A DNA stretch of 63,873 nucleotides, counting the filler, from Myxococcota bacterium (GTDB lineage: Bacteria > Myxococcota > Myxococcia > Myxococcales > Myxococcaceae): assembly GCA_049322255.1 (NCBI GenBank). It is 4 parts of 4 records of this genome, joined end to end, with 100 filler letters (N's around TTAATTAATTAA, not from the genome) between each part and the next. Parts side by side here need not be neighbours in the genome. Positions count along the whole stretch, not along the records: positions 1 to 18,449 come from JBMORE010000084.1; positions 18,550 to 36,985 come from JBMORE010000085.1; 2 more parts are not named here. One strand, given 5' to 3'. The notes below the pieces were generated by a model that ran no database searches, was not told where the DNA came from, and saw only the letters and a program-made list of their open reading frames with translations. Below are positions 9,796 through 21,915 of the stretch, in pieces. The position numbers and the translations under genes were made by a program. Every line of letters starts with the position of its first letter. Position 1 is the first letter of the stretch.

Positions 9796-12700
9796 TCAAG
9801 CTCTCGACGGCCGCACCAATAACTTTCTGGACATCGCCTGGTCCACCTTGCCCAACCAGGCGCGGAAGGCGGCGTAGTCGGCGGCCTTCACCCGCGCCAC
9901 GGTGAAGCTCAACGTGCCCTCGCACACCAGCGTCGCCCCTTCCTGGCGCACCGAGAGGCGCAAAGTGCCGAAGGGGGAGTCCTCCACCACGTCTCCAGGC
10001 AAGTCGACGGCGGCGAAGCCCGCAGGCAAGTGGTACTCCACCCGAAAGCGGTTGAGCCATGGCTGCGGCATCACCAAGTCGTACCGTCGCTCCACCAGGG
10101 GTGCGTAGGCCTGGGTGTAGGCCCGCGCGCTGCCCAAGGGGTGGAAGCGAAGACCAGCGTTTGCGGTCTCGGCGAAGCGGGGCACGTTCACTTTGAAGCT
10201 CAAGGTGACGTCCTCGTCGAGCCGCGCGGTGTCGTTCACCGCGAGCGCTTCGACCTTGAGCCCGGGGAAGGAGTGCGCCCACTCCTGCTCGAAGGTGTTC
10301 TTGCGGGTGGCCGGCGTCTGGTAGGCACGACGGTAGGCGGGCGCGCCTTGGCCCTTCACCACGTTCTCCCCCGCCAGCATGGCGCTGCCATCGGGGTTCA
10401 GCGCCACCTTCATCGTCAAGAGGGAGAGGTTGTCCTCCGCCTGCGCCTCGGGCGTGGTGCCAGAGGGGCTCGTTCCTTCCGGCTCGACCACCAAGATGTC
10501 CGCCACCCGGTCGGCCGAGGGGAGCTCGCGCGCGCTGTGGAACTCGGCGGTGCCGTCGAGGAACAGGCCCAGACTGGGCACGTAGGCGATGGCGTGGTTG
10601 AAGGCCGCCAGCGAGGCTGGCTCCTCACCGATGGCGCCCAGGTGGCGCATGCGCAAGAGCACCAGCCGCGAGCTCACCCCTGCCACCTTCAGCATCGCGT
10701 GGATGAGCGACGCCTTGTCCTTGCAGTCGCCGAAGCGCCGCGCCAACACCCGGTCGACCCGGTAGGGCTTGTAGCCGTGAATGCCGAACTCCAGCGCCAC
10801 GTAGCGGGTGTGAGTCACCACGAAGTTGTAGATGGCGCGCACCACCGCCCGCTCGTCCTTGCGGTCGACCCCGGCGAGCACTTTGGCCACCGTGCGCTGA
10901 AGCTCGTCGTTGGGCTCGAGCTGATCACGCACCAGGCCCCAGTAGTAGCGCCCCACTTGCTCCCAAGTACGGTAGGTGGATACGTGCAGGGTGGTGGCCA
11001 CCTCGGCCCACCCGGGCATCGCCGGCTCGGGTACCACCTTGGCTACCTCGCCTGCCTCGAAGCGGTAGAGCACCCGGTCCTCTTTGCGCTCTCGAGCGAC
11101 ACGCACCGTGGGTGGCAGGCGCGACTGGTTCCAAAAGAGCGGGCGGGAGGCGGGCATCTCCACGAAATACTGGTAGCGCAGCTTGGGGTGGGTGCTCTGC
11201 ACGTGGTCGACGTCGCCCCAGTAGTCGGAGAGCAGGTTGTCCTGCGCGCTGTCGTCGAGGCGGAACCACAGCTCGAGCACGTCACCGGCACCGAGCGCGG
11301 GGAAGGAGAGAATGCGCGAGCGGTGGTCGTAGTACATGCCGGTCCACGGCTCGTTCATGTTGCGCTCGGACTCGGCGTAGCTGTCGACCACCGAGCCGTC
11401 GGCCTTGGTGACGCGCGCCCGCAAGATGCGCAGCTCTTGGCGGTCGGGAGTGTATGCAAGGGGAAAGGAGCGAAACGCCTCCACCCCGCGCTGGGTGAAG
11501 ACCTTCACTGCCACCTGTGAGAAGCGCGAGGAGAGCCCGGTGGGCTGCACGCGGGTGAAGGTGTAGTCGACCAGATAGACCGCATCCTCTTTCTTCAGCG
11601 CATCGGCGGCGGGCAAGAGCGGTCGCCAATCGAGCACGTACGGCGTGCCCACCGGAGCCGTGTCGCCTTCCAGCGAGCGCAAGAGCTCCTTGAGCGGAGG
11701 GTTCTGCGGCCGTAAGCCCAACGCCCGGCGGAAGGCGGCCAGCGCCTCGTCCTTTTTCCCGGCGTCGAGCAGCGCGCGGCCCTCGCGTTCGTGCACCTCC
11801 GGCTCGTCGGGAGAGAGCACCTTGGCCTCGGCAAAAAGGGCGGCGGCCGCCTCCGGCCGGTTGTTGGCTGCGTAGAGACCGGCGAGACGCAGCCGAGCGC
11901 TGTTCTCGAAGGGAGCGAGCTTGAGCAGGGTGGAAAGCTGCTCGCCCGCCTCGTCGATGCGACCCAAGTCGGCCAGAAGCTCGGCCAGCCCACGCCGGCT
12001 GTTGGTATCGTCGAAACGAAGGCCGAGCGCGGTGCGATAGCGGGCCACCGCCTCCTCGAGCCGATCGAGGCGACGGGCGGTGCGCGCCCCGGCACGAACC
12101 ACCTCGGGGACGTGCGACAGCTCGCGCAGTGCCGCCTCGTAGCGCTCGACCGCCGCCGGCCACATGGTGAGGGACTCCAGGGCCTGTGCCTGCGCCAAGC
12201 GGGCGGGAGCGAAGCGGGGGTGCTCGGCTACCACCGCCTCCAAAAGCGGCAGCGCGCGCTCGGGATGCTCGCGGGCAAGCTCGTGGTGGGCGAGCGCCAG
12301 GCGGACCCGCGGACTCTTGGGCGCGGCGGCGAGCGCGGACTCCAGATGGCGGCGGCGCAGGTTGTGGTCGTCGCGTTGGAGCTCGGCGGCGAGGAGCAAG
12401 AGGCCGGCGTCGCTGGGCGCCAGCGCTGCCGCCTTCTCCGCCTCCACCACATCGGCGCGCGCTTTTGCATCAAAGGCCCGTTGGTGCGCCAGCACGGTAG
12501 CGTACTCGCCCCGCAGCGTCGCGTCGGTGGGCTTGAGCTTCACCTCCCGCTCGAGCGCCTGGGTCAGGGTGGGAAGAAGCACCGGCTGAGGCGGCGGCCC
12601 CTTTTCCAGCGGCGGCACCTTGGAGGGAAAGGCGGGACGCGCCGAAACGGTCGCCCCCTCGGTGCGCTCCGAGCGCAGGTAGAAGCCCAGCGGCCCCGTC

Positions 12701-13464
12701 TCCTGGCACACCTTGAGCAGCAAACGGTTGATGCCCTTGCGCAGGCGCACCGCCACCTTCGCCTGGTCGGGGCGAGGCTGGTTGTAGCGCTCGGCCGAGG
12801 CCACCTTCTGGCCGTTCACCCACAGGCGAAAGGCGCCCGAAGTGCCCACGGAGAGCTGCACCTTGGTCTCCTCGGCGGCCTCGAGGAAGGTGAGCGCGTA
12901 GGCCACCGCCTCGGTGTTGGGGCGAAGGACCGCCGCGAGGTCGACGTAGCCGTCGGGCGCGGTGGTGGTGAGCGGTCTCCAGCCGAGCTCTTTGGATTTG
13001 GCGGCGTAGACAGTGGAGAGGTCGCTCACCCCCGCCTCCGGGCCGAAGTCGACGTCGCAGCCGGCCTTGCCCTCGTTGTCGAAGGAGCCGACCACGTAGA
13101 ACGAGCGCAGCAGGCCCAAGGGCTCGAGCAGGGTGCTCGCCTTGGTGAGGTGACCACGGGCGCGCTCTACCTCCGCGTACAACCGCTGGGTGAGCGCGCG
13201 CACGTCTTTGTGCGTCGACCGGCGGCCGAGCAAGCTGGCGTACGTCTGGGCCAGAAGGTTCAAGTCGTCGACTTCGTCGCTCAGCGCGTGGAGGCGAAGG
13301 AGGTAGGCCGCCGCCCGCGGCGAGGTGTGCCGCGCCAGCGCCTGCTTGCCGTACTCCTTGGCCAGCTCGGTGGAAGGGTTGTCGAGGGCGGCAAAGGCCA
13401 GCGCCGGGAACAGCACCGTCAGGGCCACCACTGCCGGGAATCGGGGGAACTTCAACGCGGCCAT
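9796..13464 (-). CDS. TPR + DUF3857 + transglutaminase-like domain secreted protein
   Basis: Signal peptide, TPR helices, RYVALEFG...GDCKDKA...FNHAI...LDGT (Cys-His-Asp triad). Confidence 0.9.
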   Translation of the reverse strand: MAALKFPRFPAVVALTVLFPALAFAALDNPSTELAKEYGKQALARHTSPRAAAYLLRLHALSDEVDDLNLLAQTYASLLGRRSTHKDVRALTQRLYAEVERARGHLTKASTLLEPLGLLRSFYVVGSFDNEGKAGCDVDFGPEAGVSDLSTVYAAKSKELGWRPLTTTAPDGYVDLAAVLRPNTEAVAYALTFLEAAEETKVQLSVGTSGAFRLWVNGQKVASAERYNQPRPDQAKVAVRLRKGINRLLLKVCQETGPLGFYLRSERTEGATVSARPAFPSKVPPLEKGPPPQPVLLPTLTQALEREVKLKPTDATLRGEYATVLAHQRAFDAKARADVVEAEKAAALAPSDAGLLLLAAELQRDDHNLRRRHLESALAAAPKSPRVRLALAHHELAREHPERALPLLEAVVAEHPRFAPARLAQAQALESLTMWPAAVERYEAALRELSHVPEVVRAGARTARRLDRLEEAVARYRTALGLRFDDTNSRRGLAELLADLGRIDEAGEQLSTLLKLAPFENSARLRLAGLYAANNRPEAAAALFAEAKVLSPDEPEVHEREGRALLDAGKKDEALAAFRRALGLRPQNPPLKELLRSLEGDTAPVGTPYVLDWRPLLPAADALKKEDAVYLVDYTFTRVQPTGLSSRFSQVAVKVFTQRGVEAFRSFPLAYTPDRQELRILRARVTKADGSVVDSYAESERNMNEPWTGMYYDHRSRILSFPALGAGDVLELWFRLDDSAQDNLLSDYWGDVDHVQSTHPKLRYQYFVEMPASRPLFWNQSRLPPTVRVARERKEDRVLYRFEAGEVAKVVPEPAMPGWAEVATTLHVSTYRTWEQVGRYYWGLVRDQLEPNDELQRTVAKVLAGVDRKDERAVVRAIYNFVVTHTRYVALEFGIHGYKPYRVDRVLARRFGDCKDKASLIHAMLKVAGVSSRLVLLRMRHLGAIGEEPASLAAFNHAIAYVPSLGLFLDGTAEFHSARELPSADRVADILVVEPEGTSPSGTTPEAQAEDNLSLLTMKVALNPDGSAMLAGENVVKGQGAPAYRRAYQTPATRKNTFEQEWAHSFPGLKVEALAVNDTARLDEDVTLSFKVNVPRFAETANAGLRFHPLGSARAYTQAYAPLVERRYDLVMPQPWLNRFRVEYHLPAGFAAVDLPGDVVEDSPFGTLRLSVRQEGATLVCEGTLSFTVARVKAADYAAFRAWLGKVDQAMSRKLLVRPSRA

Positions 13465-13544
13465 CCTTTTCGCTTTCGAGTCTTGAAGCCCGGAGGTCTA
13501 CCAGGCCGCCGAGGCGAGACCCAACATCCGCCGGCCAAGAAAAC

Positions 13545-13577
13545 TCCCTCTCCCTCTGGGAGAGGTGGAGTGAGGGG
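13545..13577. repeat. REP-like element (CCCTCTCCC..GGGAGAGG..GTGAGGG)
   Basis: Hairpin plus GTGAGGG tail; related copies at 17571 and 29138. Confidence 0.7.
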
Positions 13578-13582
13578 CGGCA

Positions 13583-14290
13583 TCACCCCAGCTCGCGGTT
13601 GGCGCGGGCCAGCGTCAGCACCTGCACCTCTCTTGCGCCTGCCCGCAGGAGCGCCGAGGCCGCGGCGCGGGCAGTAGCGCCGGTGGTGAAGACATCGTCA
13701 ATCAAAAGCACGCGCTGGCCGGCGCACGAGGGGTGCGCTTCGAAGGCGCCGGCCACGTTTCGTTCCCGCTGGTCGTCGGAGAGCCCCACCTGCCGCCGGG
13801 TCTCCCGAGCTCGCCGTAAGGCTTCGTCGGCCAGCGTGCGGCCGGTCAGGCGGGCGAGCTCGGCGGCGAGGAGCATCGCCTGGTCATAGCCGCGGTCGCG
13901 AAACCGCCGCTGGTGAAGGGCGATGGCGCACAGGGTTGGGGGCGCCGCCGCGAGAAAGTCCCGAGCCTCGGCGCAGAGCAAGGCGGCCAGCGGTGAGGCG
14001 AGCTCGGGGTGGTCTTCGTACTTGAGCTGGTGAATGGCTCGAGCGACGGGGCCCTCGTGCGCGAAGGGAGCGAAGGCGACAGAGAAGGAAGGCCTCCAGG
14101 CCGTGCAGCGGGGACACTCGCCGCCGTCGAAGCGCCCCGGCTCGGAGCAGCGCGCGCACCGAATCGAGGGCGTGCGCTGTAGCTCCCGTTCGCAGTCGGC
14201 GCAAAAGTAAGCGTGTACGCGCAAAACCTTGGCGCAGGCGACACAGGAGGGTGGAAAGACGACCCCCAAGAGCTCCGAGAGCTTTCCCAT
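13583..14290 (-). CDS. comF: ComF family protein (double zinc ribbon + phosphoribosyltransferase)
   Basis: CxxC pairs, RGYDQA, LLIDDVFTTGAT. Confidence 0.9.
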   Translation of the reverse strand: MGKLSELLGVVFPPSCVACAKVLRVHAYFCADCERELQRTPSIRCARCSEPGRFDGGECPRCTAWRPSFSVAFAPFAHEGPVARAIHQLKYEDHPELASPLAALLCAEARDFLAAAPPTLCAIALHQRRFRDRGYDQAMLLAAELARLTGRTLADEALRRARETRRQVGLSDDQRERNVAGAFEAHPSCAGQRVLLIDDVFTTGATARAAASALLRAGAREVQVLTLARANRELG

Positions 14291-14310
14291 CGTCGCGAAA
14301 GCCTACTTCG

Positions 14311-17300
14311 CTAGGGCGAGATGCAGGCGCCCATGTTGCACACCTGGTTGGGAGCGCAGGCGATGCCGCAGCCGCCGCAGTTGGCGGGGTCGAACTGGGT
14401 ATTGACGCACGCGCCGCTGCACAAGGTGAGCCCGGTCTGACACACGCACTGCCCCCCCTGACAGCCCATCACCCCCGGGCTGCCGGGGCAGACGTTGCCG
14501 CAGGAGCCGCAGTTGTTGCGGTCGTTCTGCAGGTCGCGGCACACCCCGTTGCAGTTGGTGAAGCCCACCTGACACGTGCACTGACCGGCGACGCAGAACT
14601 GGCCGAAGGAGCAGGTGCGGCCGCACTGCCCGCAGTTGGCGCGGTCGCTTTGGAGGTTGCGGCACACGCCGTTGCAGTAGCTGCTTCCCGGCGGGCACAG
14701 GCAGATGCCGCCCACGCAGCTCTCGCTGGTGCCGCAGACGTGGCCGCAGGTACCGCAGTTGGCCTCGTCGGTGGCGATGTCCTTGCACGCGCCGTTGCAG
14801 CTGACCTGGCCCGGCGGGCACACCGTTTGACAGGTGCCGTTGCTGCACACCTGGCCGGCGGTGCAGGCACGGTTGCAGGCCCCGCAGTGCTGCGGGCTGG
14901 ATTGCAGGTCGACGCACGTGTTGTTGCACCTCGTGGTGCCGTTGCGGCACACGCACTGGCCGCTCTGGCAGCCGTTCCCCGCTCCGCAGTTGTTGTTGCA
15001 GGCGCCGCAGTTCTGGGGGTCGTTCTGGGTGAAGACGCACTGCCCGTTGCAGTTGGTCTGGAAGCCGAAACACTGGGTTTGGCAGGTGCCGAAGTTGCAC
15101 ACCTGGTTGGCGGCGCAGGCGCGGTTGCACTGGCCGCAGTGGTCATGGTTGTTGAAGAGGCGCACGCACTGGTTGCCGCAGCGGGTAAAGCCCGCGCTGC
15201 ACACGCAGGTGCTGTTGACGCACGAGGCGTTGGCGCCACAGGCGTTGTTGCACCCGCCGCAGTTCTGCGGGTCGGAGACGGGATTGAGGCACTGGCTGCC
15301 GCACTTCAGGTAACCGGCGGGGCACGAGGGCTGGCACACCCCGACGATGCAGATGCCGCTGGGGCAGACGGTGCCGCAGGTGCCGCAGTGGGCGGGGTCG
15401 GTTTGAGTGTCGAGGCAGGTGTTTCCGCACCGCGTCTTGCCGCTGGGGCACTGGCAGACCCCGCCGGCGCAGGTCCCCCCGGCGCCGCAGGAGTTGCCGC
15501 AGGCGCCGCAGTGGGCGGCGTCGGTCTGAGTGTCGACGCAGCTTCCGTTGCACAGGGTTTGGCCGTTGGCGCAGACGCAGGTGCCCGCCGCGCAGCTCGT
15601 TCCCGCCGGGCAGGGGCGGTTGCAACCACCGCAATGCACATTGCTGGTGGAGGTGTCCACGCAGGAGCCGTTGCAGTTGGTCTGGCCGCTGGGGCACTGG
15701 CAGCTGCCTCCAGAGCAGATGCCGGAGGCGCACACGGTGCCGCACCCGCCGCAGTTTCGTGCGTCGGTCTGGGTATTCACGCAGGCGCCGTTGCACAAAA
15801 CCTCTCCGCCGGAGCAGAGACACGTCCCGCCGACGCAGCTTTGCCCTACGCCGCAGGGGCGGTTACAGCCGCCACAGTGCTGCGGGCTCGAGGTGGTGTC
15901 GACGCACAGCCCATTGCAGAGCGTGTCGCCGTTGGTACACCGGCAGGCGCCGTTCACGCAGACCTGACCGGCGCCGCAGGCCTGGTTGCAGCCGCCGCAG
16001 TGCAGGGAGTTGAAAGCGGTGTCCACGCACTGGCCGTTGCACGAAGTCTGGCCCGCGACGCAGGCGCAGGCGCCGTTTTGGCAAGCCTGCCCCGCGGAGC
16101 AAGGGCGGTTGCAGGCGCCGCAGTGCGCGGAGCTGGAGGAGGTGTCCACACACTCGCCGTTGCACGAGGTCTGGCCAGAGGGACAGGCGCAGGTGCCGTT
16201 GACGCAGCTTTGGCCGGTGCCGCAGGGGCGGTTGCAGCCGCCGCAGTGGGAGGTGCTGGAGGAGGTGTCAACGCACTGACCGCCGCACGTCGTCTGCCCG
16301 GAGGGACAGGTGCAGGCGCCGTTGAGGCAGCTCTGCCCCGGCTGGCAGGGCTTGTTGCAGCCGCCGCAGTGGCGGGGATTGGTGTTGACGTCGACGCAGC
16401 TGCCGCCGCAGCTCTGTTGACCGGCGCTGCAGCTGGTGGTGCAGGCGCTGTTGCTGCACACCTGGCCGGAAGAACAGGGGCTGTTGCAGCCGCCGCAGTG
16501 GCGGGGGTCGGAGCGCGTGTCGATGCACTGGCCGTTGCACGAGACGAGCGGCGCCGTGCATGGGCAGGCGCCGTTTTGGCACGTCTGGCCGGCGGGGCAG
16601 AGCTGACCACAAGCGCCGCAGTGCAGGGGGTCGCTCGCGGTGTCCACGCAGACGCCGTTGCAGTCGGTCAGGCCGCCGGGACAGGTACACTTGCCGGCGC
16701 TGCAGCTTCTGCCCGGGCCACACGAGTTGCCGCAGTTGCCACAGTTGGCCGGGTCAGTTTGGAGGTTCTTGCAGAAGCCGCCGCAGCTCACCTCGGAGGG
16801 CGTGCACACCGTGGAGCACTGGCCGTTCTGGCACGCCTCGGTGAGGGCGCACACCTTGTCGCAGGCGCCACAGTGGAAGCGGTCGGCGCTGGTGTCGACG
16901 CACGATTGGCCGCACTGGGTGAGGCCCGTGCCGCAGCTGCCCACGCAGGTTCCCGCCTGACACAACAGGCCCGCGGCGCAGGCGCGCCCGCACTCGCCGC
17001 AGTTGTTGACGTCGGAGTCGAGGTTGGCGCACAGCCCGTTGCATTCGCGCAGCGGCGCCACGCACAGGCAGCTGCCCTCGGCGCAGGCCTCGAGCACATC
17101 GCACCCGTTGCCACAGGCTCCGCAGTGCGCGTGGTCCGTTTGGGTATCCACGCAAGAGCGGTCGCAGAGGGTGAGGTCGCCCGAGCAGCTGCTACCGCAC
17201 ACCCCTCCTTGGCAGACCTGTTCCGGCGGGCAGGGGCGATTGCACTTGCCGCAGTGGGAAGCATCGATGAAGAGGTTGATGCACGTGCCGTTGCAGCGGG

Positions 17301-17478
17301 TCTTGGGGCTGGCGCACGCCGTCCCGACGTCGGGGACGCAGCGGCCGTCCACGCACACCATCTCTTCGGGACAGGGCGGATCGCCCAACTGGCCGCAGAA
17401 GAGCGGCTCGGTGCGCGCGCACCCGGCGAGCGCCGCGGCCGCCAGGAGCGGAGGCAGAAGGCGAATCATCCTCTTCAT
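14311..17478 (-). CDS. Cys-rich repeat lipoprotein (24 repeats of about 41 aa, C..GxTxCxGxCVDxxxDxx(H/N)CGxC; Stig1-like myxobacterial repeat)
   Basis: Lipobox LAGC; 24 (H/N)CGxC motifs counted. Confidence 0.9.
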   Translation of the reverse strand: MKRMIRLLPPLLAAAALAGCARTEPLFCGQLGDPPCPEEMVCVDGRCVPDVGTACASPKTRCNGTCINLFIDASHCGKCNRPCPPEQVCQGGVCGSSCSGDLTLCDRSCVDTQTDHAHCGACGNGCDVLEACAEGSCLCVAPLRECNGLCANLDSDVNNCGECGRACAAGLLCQAGTCVGSCGTGLTQCGQSCVDTSADRFHCGACDKVCALTEACQNGQCSTVCTPSEVSCGGFCKNLQTDPANCGNCGNSCGPGRSCSAGKCTCPGGLTDCNGVCVDTASDPLHCGACGQLCPAGQTCQNGACPCTAPLVSCNGQCIDTRSDPRHCGGCNSPCSSGQVCSNSACTTSCSAGQQSCGGSCVDVNTNPRHCGGCNKPCQPGQSCLNGACTCPSGQTTCGGQCVDTSSSTSHCGGCNRPCGTGQSCVNGTCACPSGQTSCNGECVDTSSSSAHCGACNRPCSAGQACQNGACACVAGQTSCNGQCVDTAFNSLHCGGCNQACGAGQVCVNGACRCTNGDTLCNGLCVDTTSSPQHCGGCNRPCGVGQSCVGGTCLCSGGEVLCNGACVNTQTDARNCGGCGTVCASGICSGGSCQCPSGQTNCNGSCVDTSTSNVHCGGCNRPCPAGTSCAAGTCVCANGQTLCNGSCVDTQTDAAHCGACGNSCGAGGTCAGGVCQCPSGKTRCGNTCLDTQTDPAHCGTCGTVCPSGICIVGVCQPSCPAGYLKCGSQCLNPVSDPQNCGGCNNACGANASCVNSTCVCSAGFTRCGNQCVRLFNNHDHCGQCNRACAANQVCNFGTCQTQCFGFQTNCNGQCVFTQNDPQNCGACNNNCGAGNGCQSGQCVCRNGTTRCNNTCVDLQSSPQHCGACNRACTAGQVCSNGTCQTVCPPGQVSCNGACKDIATDEANCGTCGHVCGTSESCVGGICLCPPGSSYCNGVCRNLQSDRANCGQCGRTCSFGQFCVAGQCTCQVGFTNCNGVCRDLQNDRNNCGSCGNVCPGSPGVMGCQGGQCVCQTGLTLCSGACVNTQFDPANCGGCGIACAPNQVCNMGACISP

Positions 17479-17570
17479 GTCGGCACGAGCGGGCGGGGGC
17501 CACCCCGGCGGCAGCCTTGAGGTGAAAGTGTAAAGGAAACCGCGCTTGGGCGCGAACTTCCGCCCCTTCC

Positions 17571-17606
17571 CTCCCTCTCCCCGTGGGAGTGGGCCGGGGT
17601 GAGGGG
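17571..17606. repeat. REP-like element
   Basis: CTCCCTCTCCCCGTGGGAGTGGGCCGGGGTGAGGGG, downstream of rlmH. Confidence 0.65.
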
Positions 17607-17634
17607 CGCCAGAACAGCGCCAAGCCCCGCTTCC

Positions 17635-18090
17635 TTACTTGTGGTACGGCTCGCCCTTGAGCAGCGAAAAAGCGCGGTACAGCTGCTCGAGCAGCACCAC
17701 CTTCGCCAGCCGGTGGGGCAGGGTCATTCGCGAGAGGGCCAGCGTGAGGTGGGCGCGTTGCCGCACCGCGTCGCCCAGCCCCTCGTCGCCGCCGATCACG
17801 AACAAGACGTCTTTGGCCTCGTTTTGGGCGCGGCGGATGAATTGGGCCAGCTCCAGGGAGGAGAGCTCTTTGCCCCGCTCGTCGAGAGCCACCAGCCAGT
17901 CGCGGGGGCTGGCGAGGGCGAGGAGCGCCTTCGCCTCTTCCTCCCGGGCGCGCGCTCCTGGGTGGCGGGAGGCGGGCACGTCGACGGCGGCGAAGCGCAC
18001 GTAATGGGTCAGCCTTTTTTGGTACTCGGCGGCCGCGGGCGAAAACAGCCCCGAGCGGTCCTTGCCCACCGAGGCGACCCGGAGGTTCAG
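17635..18090 (-). CDS. rlmH: 23S rRNA pseudouridine1915 N3-methyltransferase RlmH (start uncertain)
   Basis: [38 protein letters not shown]; adjacent to rsfS. Confidence 0.95.
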   Translation of the reverse strand: MNLRVASVGKDRSGLFSPAAAEYQKRLTHYVRFAAVDVPASRHPGARAREEEAKALLALASPRDWLVALDERGKELSSLELAQFIRRAQNEAKDVLFVIGGDEGLGDAVRQRAHLTLALSRMTLPHRLAKVVLLEQLYRAFSLLKGEPYHK

Positions 18091-18449
18091 GCCACCTTCT
18101 CCCGCGGGGCGTCGGTCCACAGCCCCTCGAGGTCGTAGAAGGCCCGGACCTCGGCGAAGAAGAGGTGGGTCACCACCTCGCCGTAGTCGATGAGCACCCA
18201 GTGGCCGGTCTGCTGGCCCTCGACGCCGACGGGGCGCAGCGCCTGGGTCTCTTTGAGCTGGGTTTCCACGTGCTCGGCCATCGCGTTCACCTGGCGCTCC
18301 GAGTCTCCGGAGGCGATGACGAAGTAGTCGGCGTAGGAGGTCATCCCCCGCACGTCGAGGATGACCACGTCGAGCGCCTTTTTCTCCAGGAGCAGCTCGG
18401 CGATTTTCCGCGACAGCTGCCGCGCGGCCTCGTTCTCCCGTAGCGCGGG
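18087..18449 (-). CDS. rsfS: Ribosome silencing factor RsfS (5' end cut by contig break)
   Basis: [46 protein letters not shown]. Confidence 0.95.
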   Translation of the reverse strand, partial: PALRENEAARQLSRKIAELLLEKKALDVVILDVRGMTSYADYFVIASGDSERQVNAMAEHVETQLKETQALRPVGVEGQQTGHWVLIDYGEVVTHLFFAEVRAFYDLEGLWTDAPREKVA

Positions 18450-18549
18450 NNNNNNNNNNNNNNNNNNNNNNNNNNNNNNNNNNNNNNNNNNNNTTAATTA
18501 ATTAANNNNNNNNNNNNNNNNNNNNNNNNNNNNNNNNNNNNNNNNNNNN
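18450..18549. other. Artificial contig linker (N run with TTAATTAATTAA)
   Basis: 100-nt spacer carrying a six-frame stop cassette. Confidence 0.98.
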
Positions 18550-19626
<1,077 letters not shown>

Positions 19627-19629
19627 CCG

Positions 19630-21666
<2,037 letters not shown>

Positions 21667-21915
21667 TCTTCCTTCACGGGTTCAAGCGGGTGGGCCTTCT
21701 TGGTCCCAAGGTGGGTGCAACGCCTCCTCGGGACCCCGGCGCGGAGTCGGACCGCGCAACCGGCCACGGGGTGAAAAGGCGCTCCCATTATAAGCAAGGC
21801 GGTCGAAGAACACCCGAAGCGCGGCGGCGCGTTCCCTTTAAAAACGCACATCAGGCCCCGGTGTAAGGCCGCAGAGCAGCCAGGCAAACGAAGTTTTCGC
21901 GTAAGGTGCGCCTCC

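Noticed and set aside
18450..18549. TTAATTAATTAA motif recurring three times in the window
   Set aside because: Artificial scaffold linker; adjacency across the joins is not meaningful
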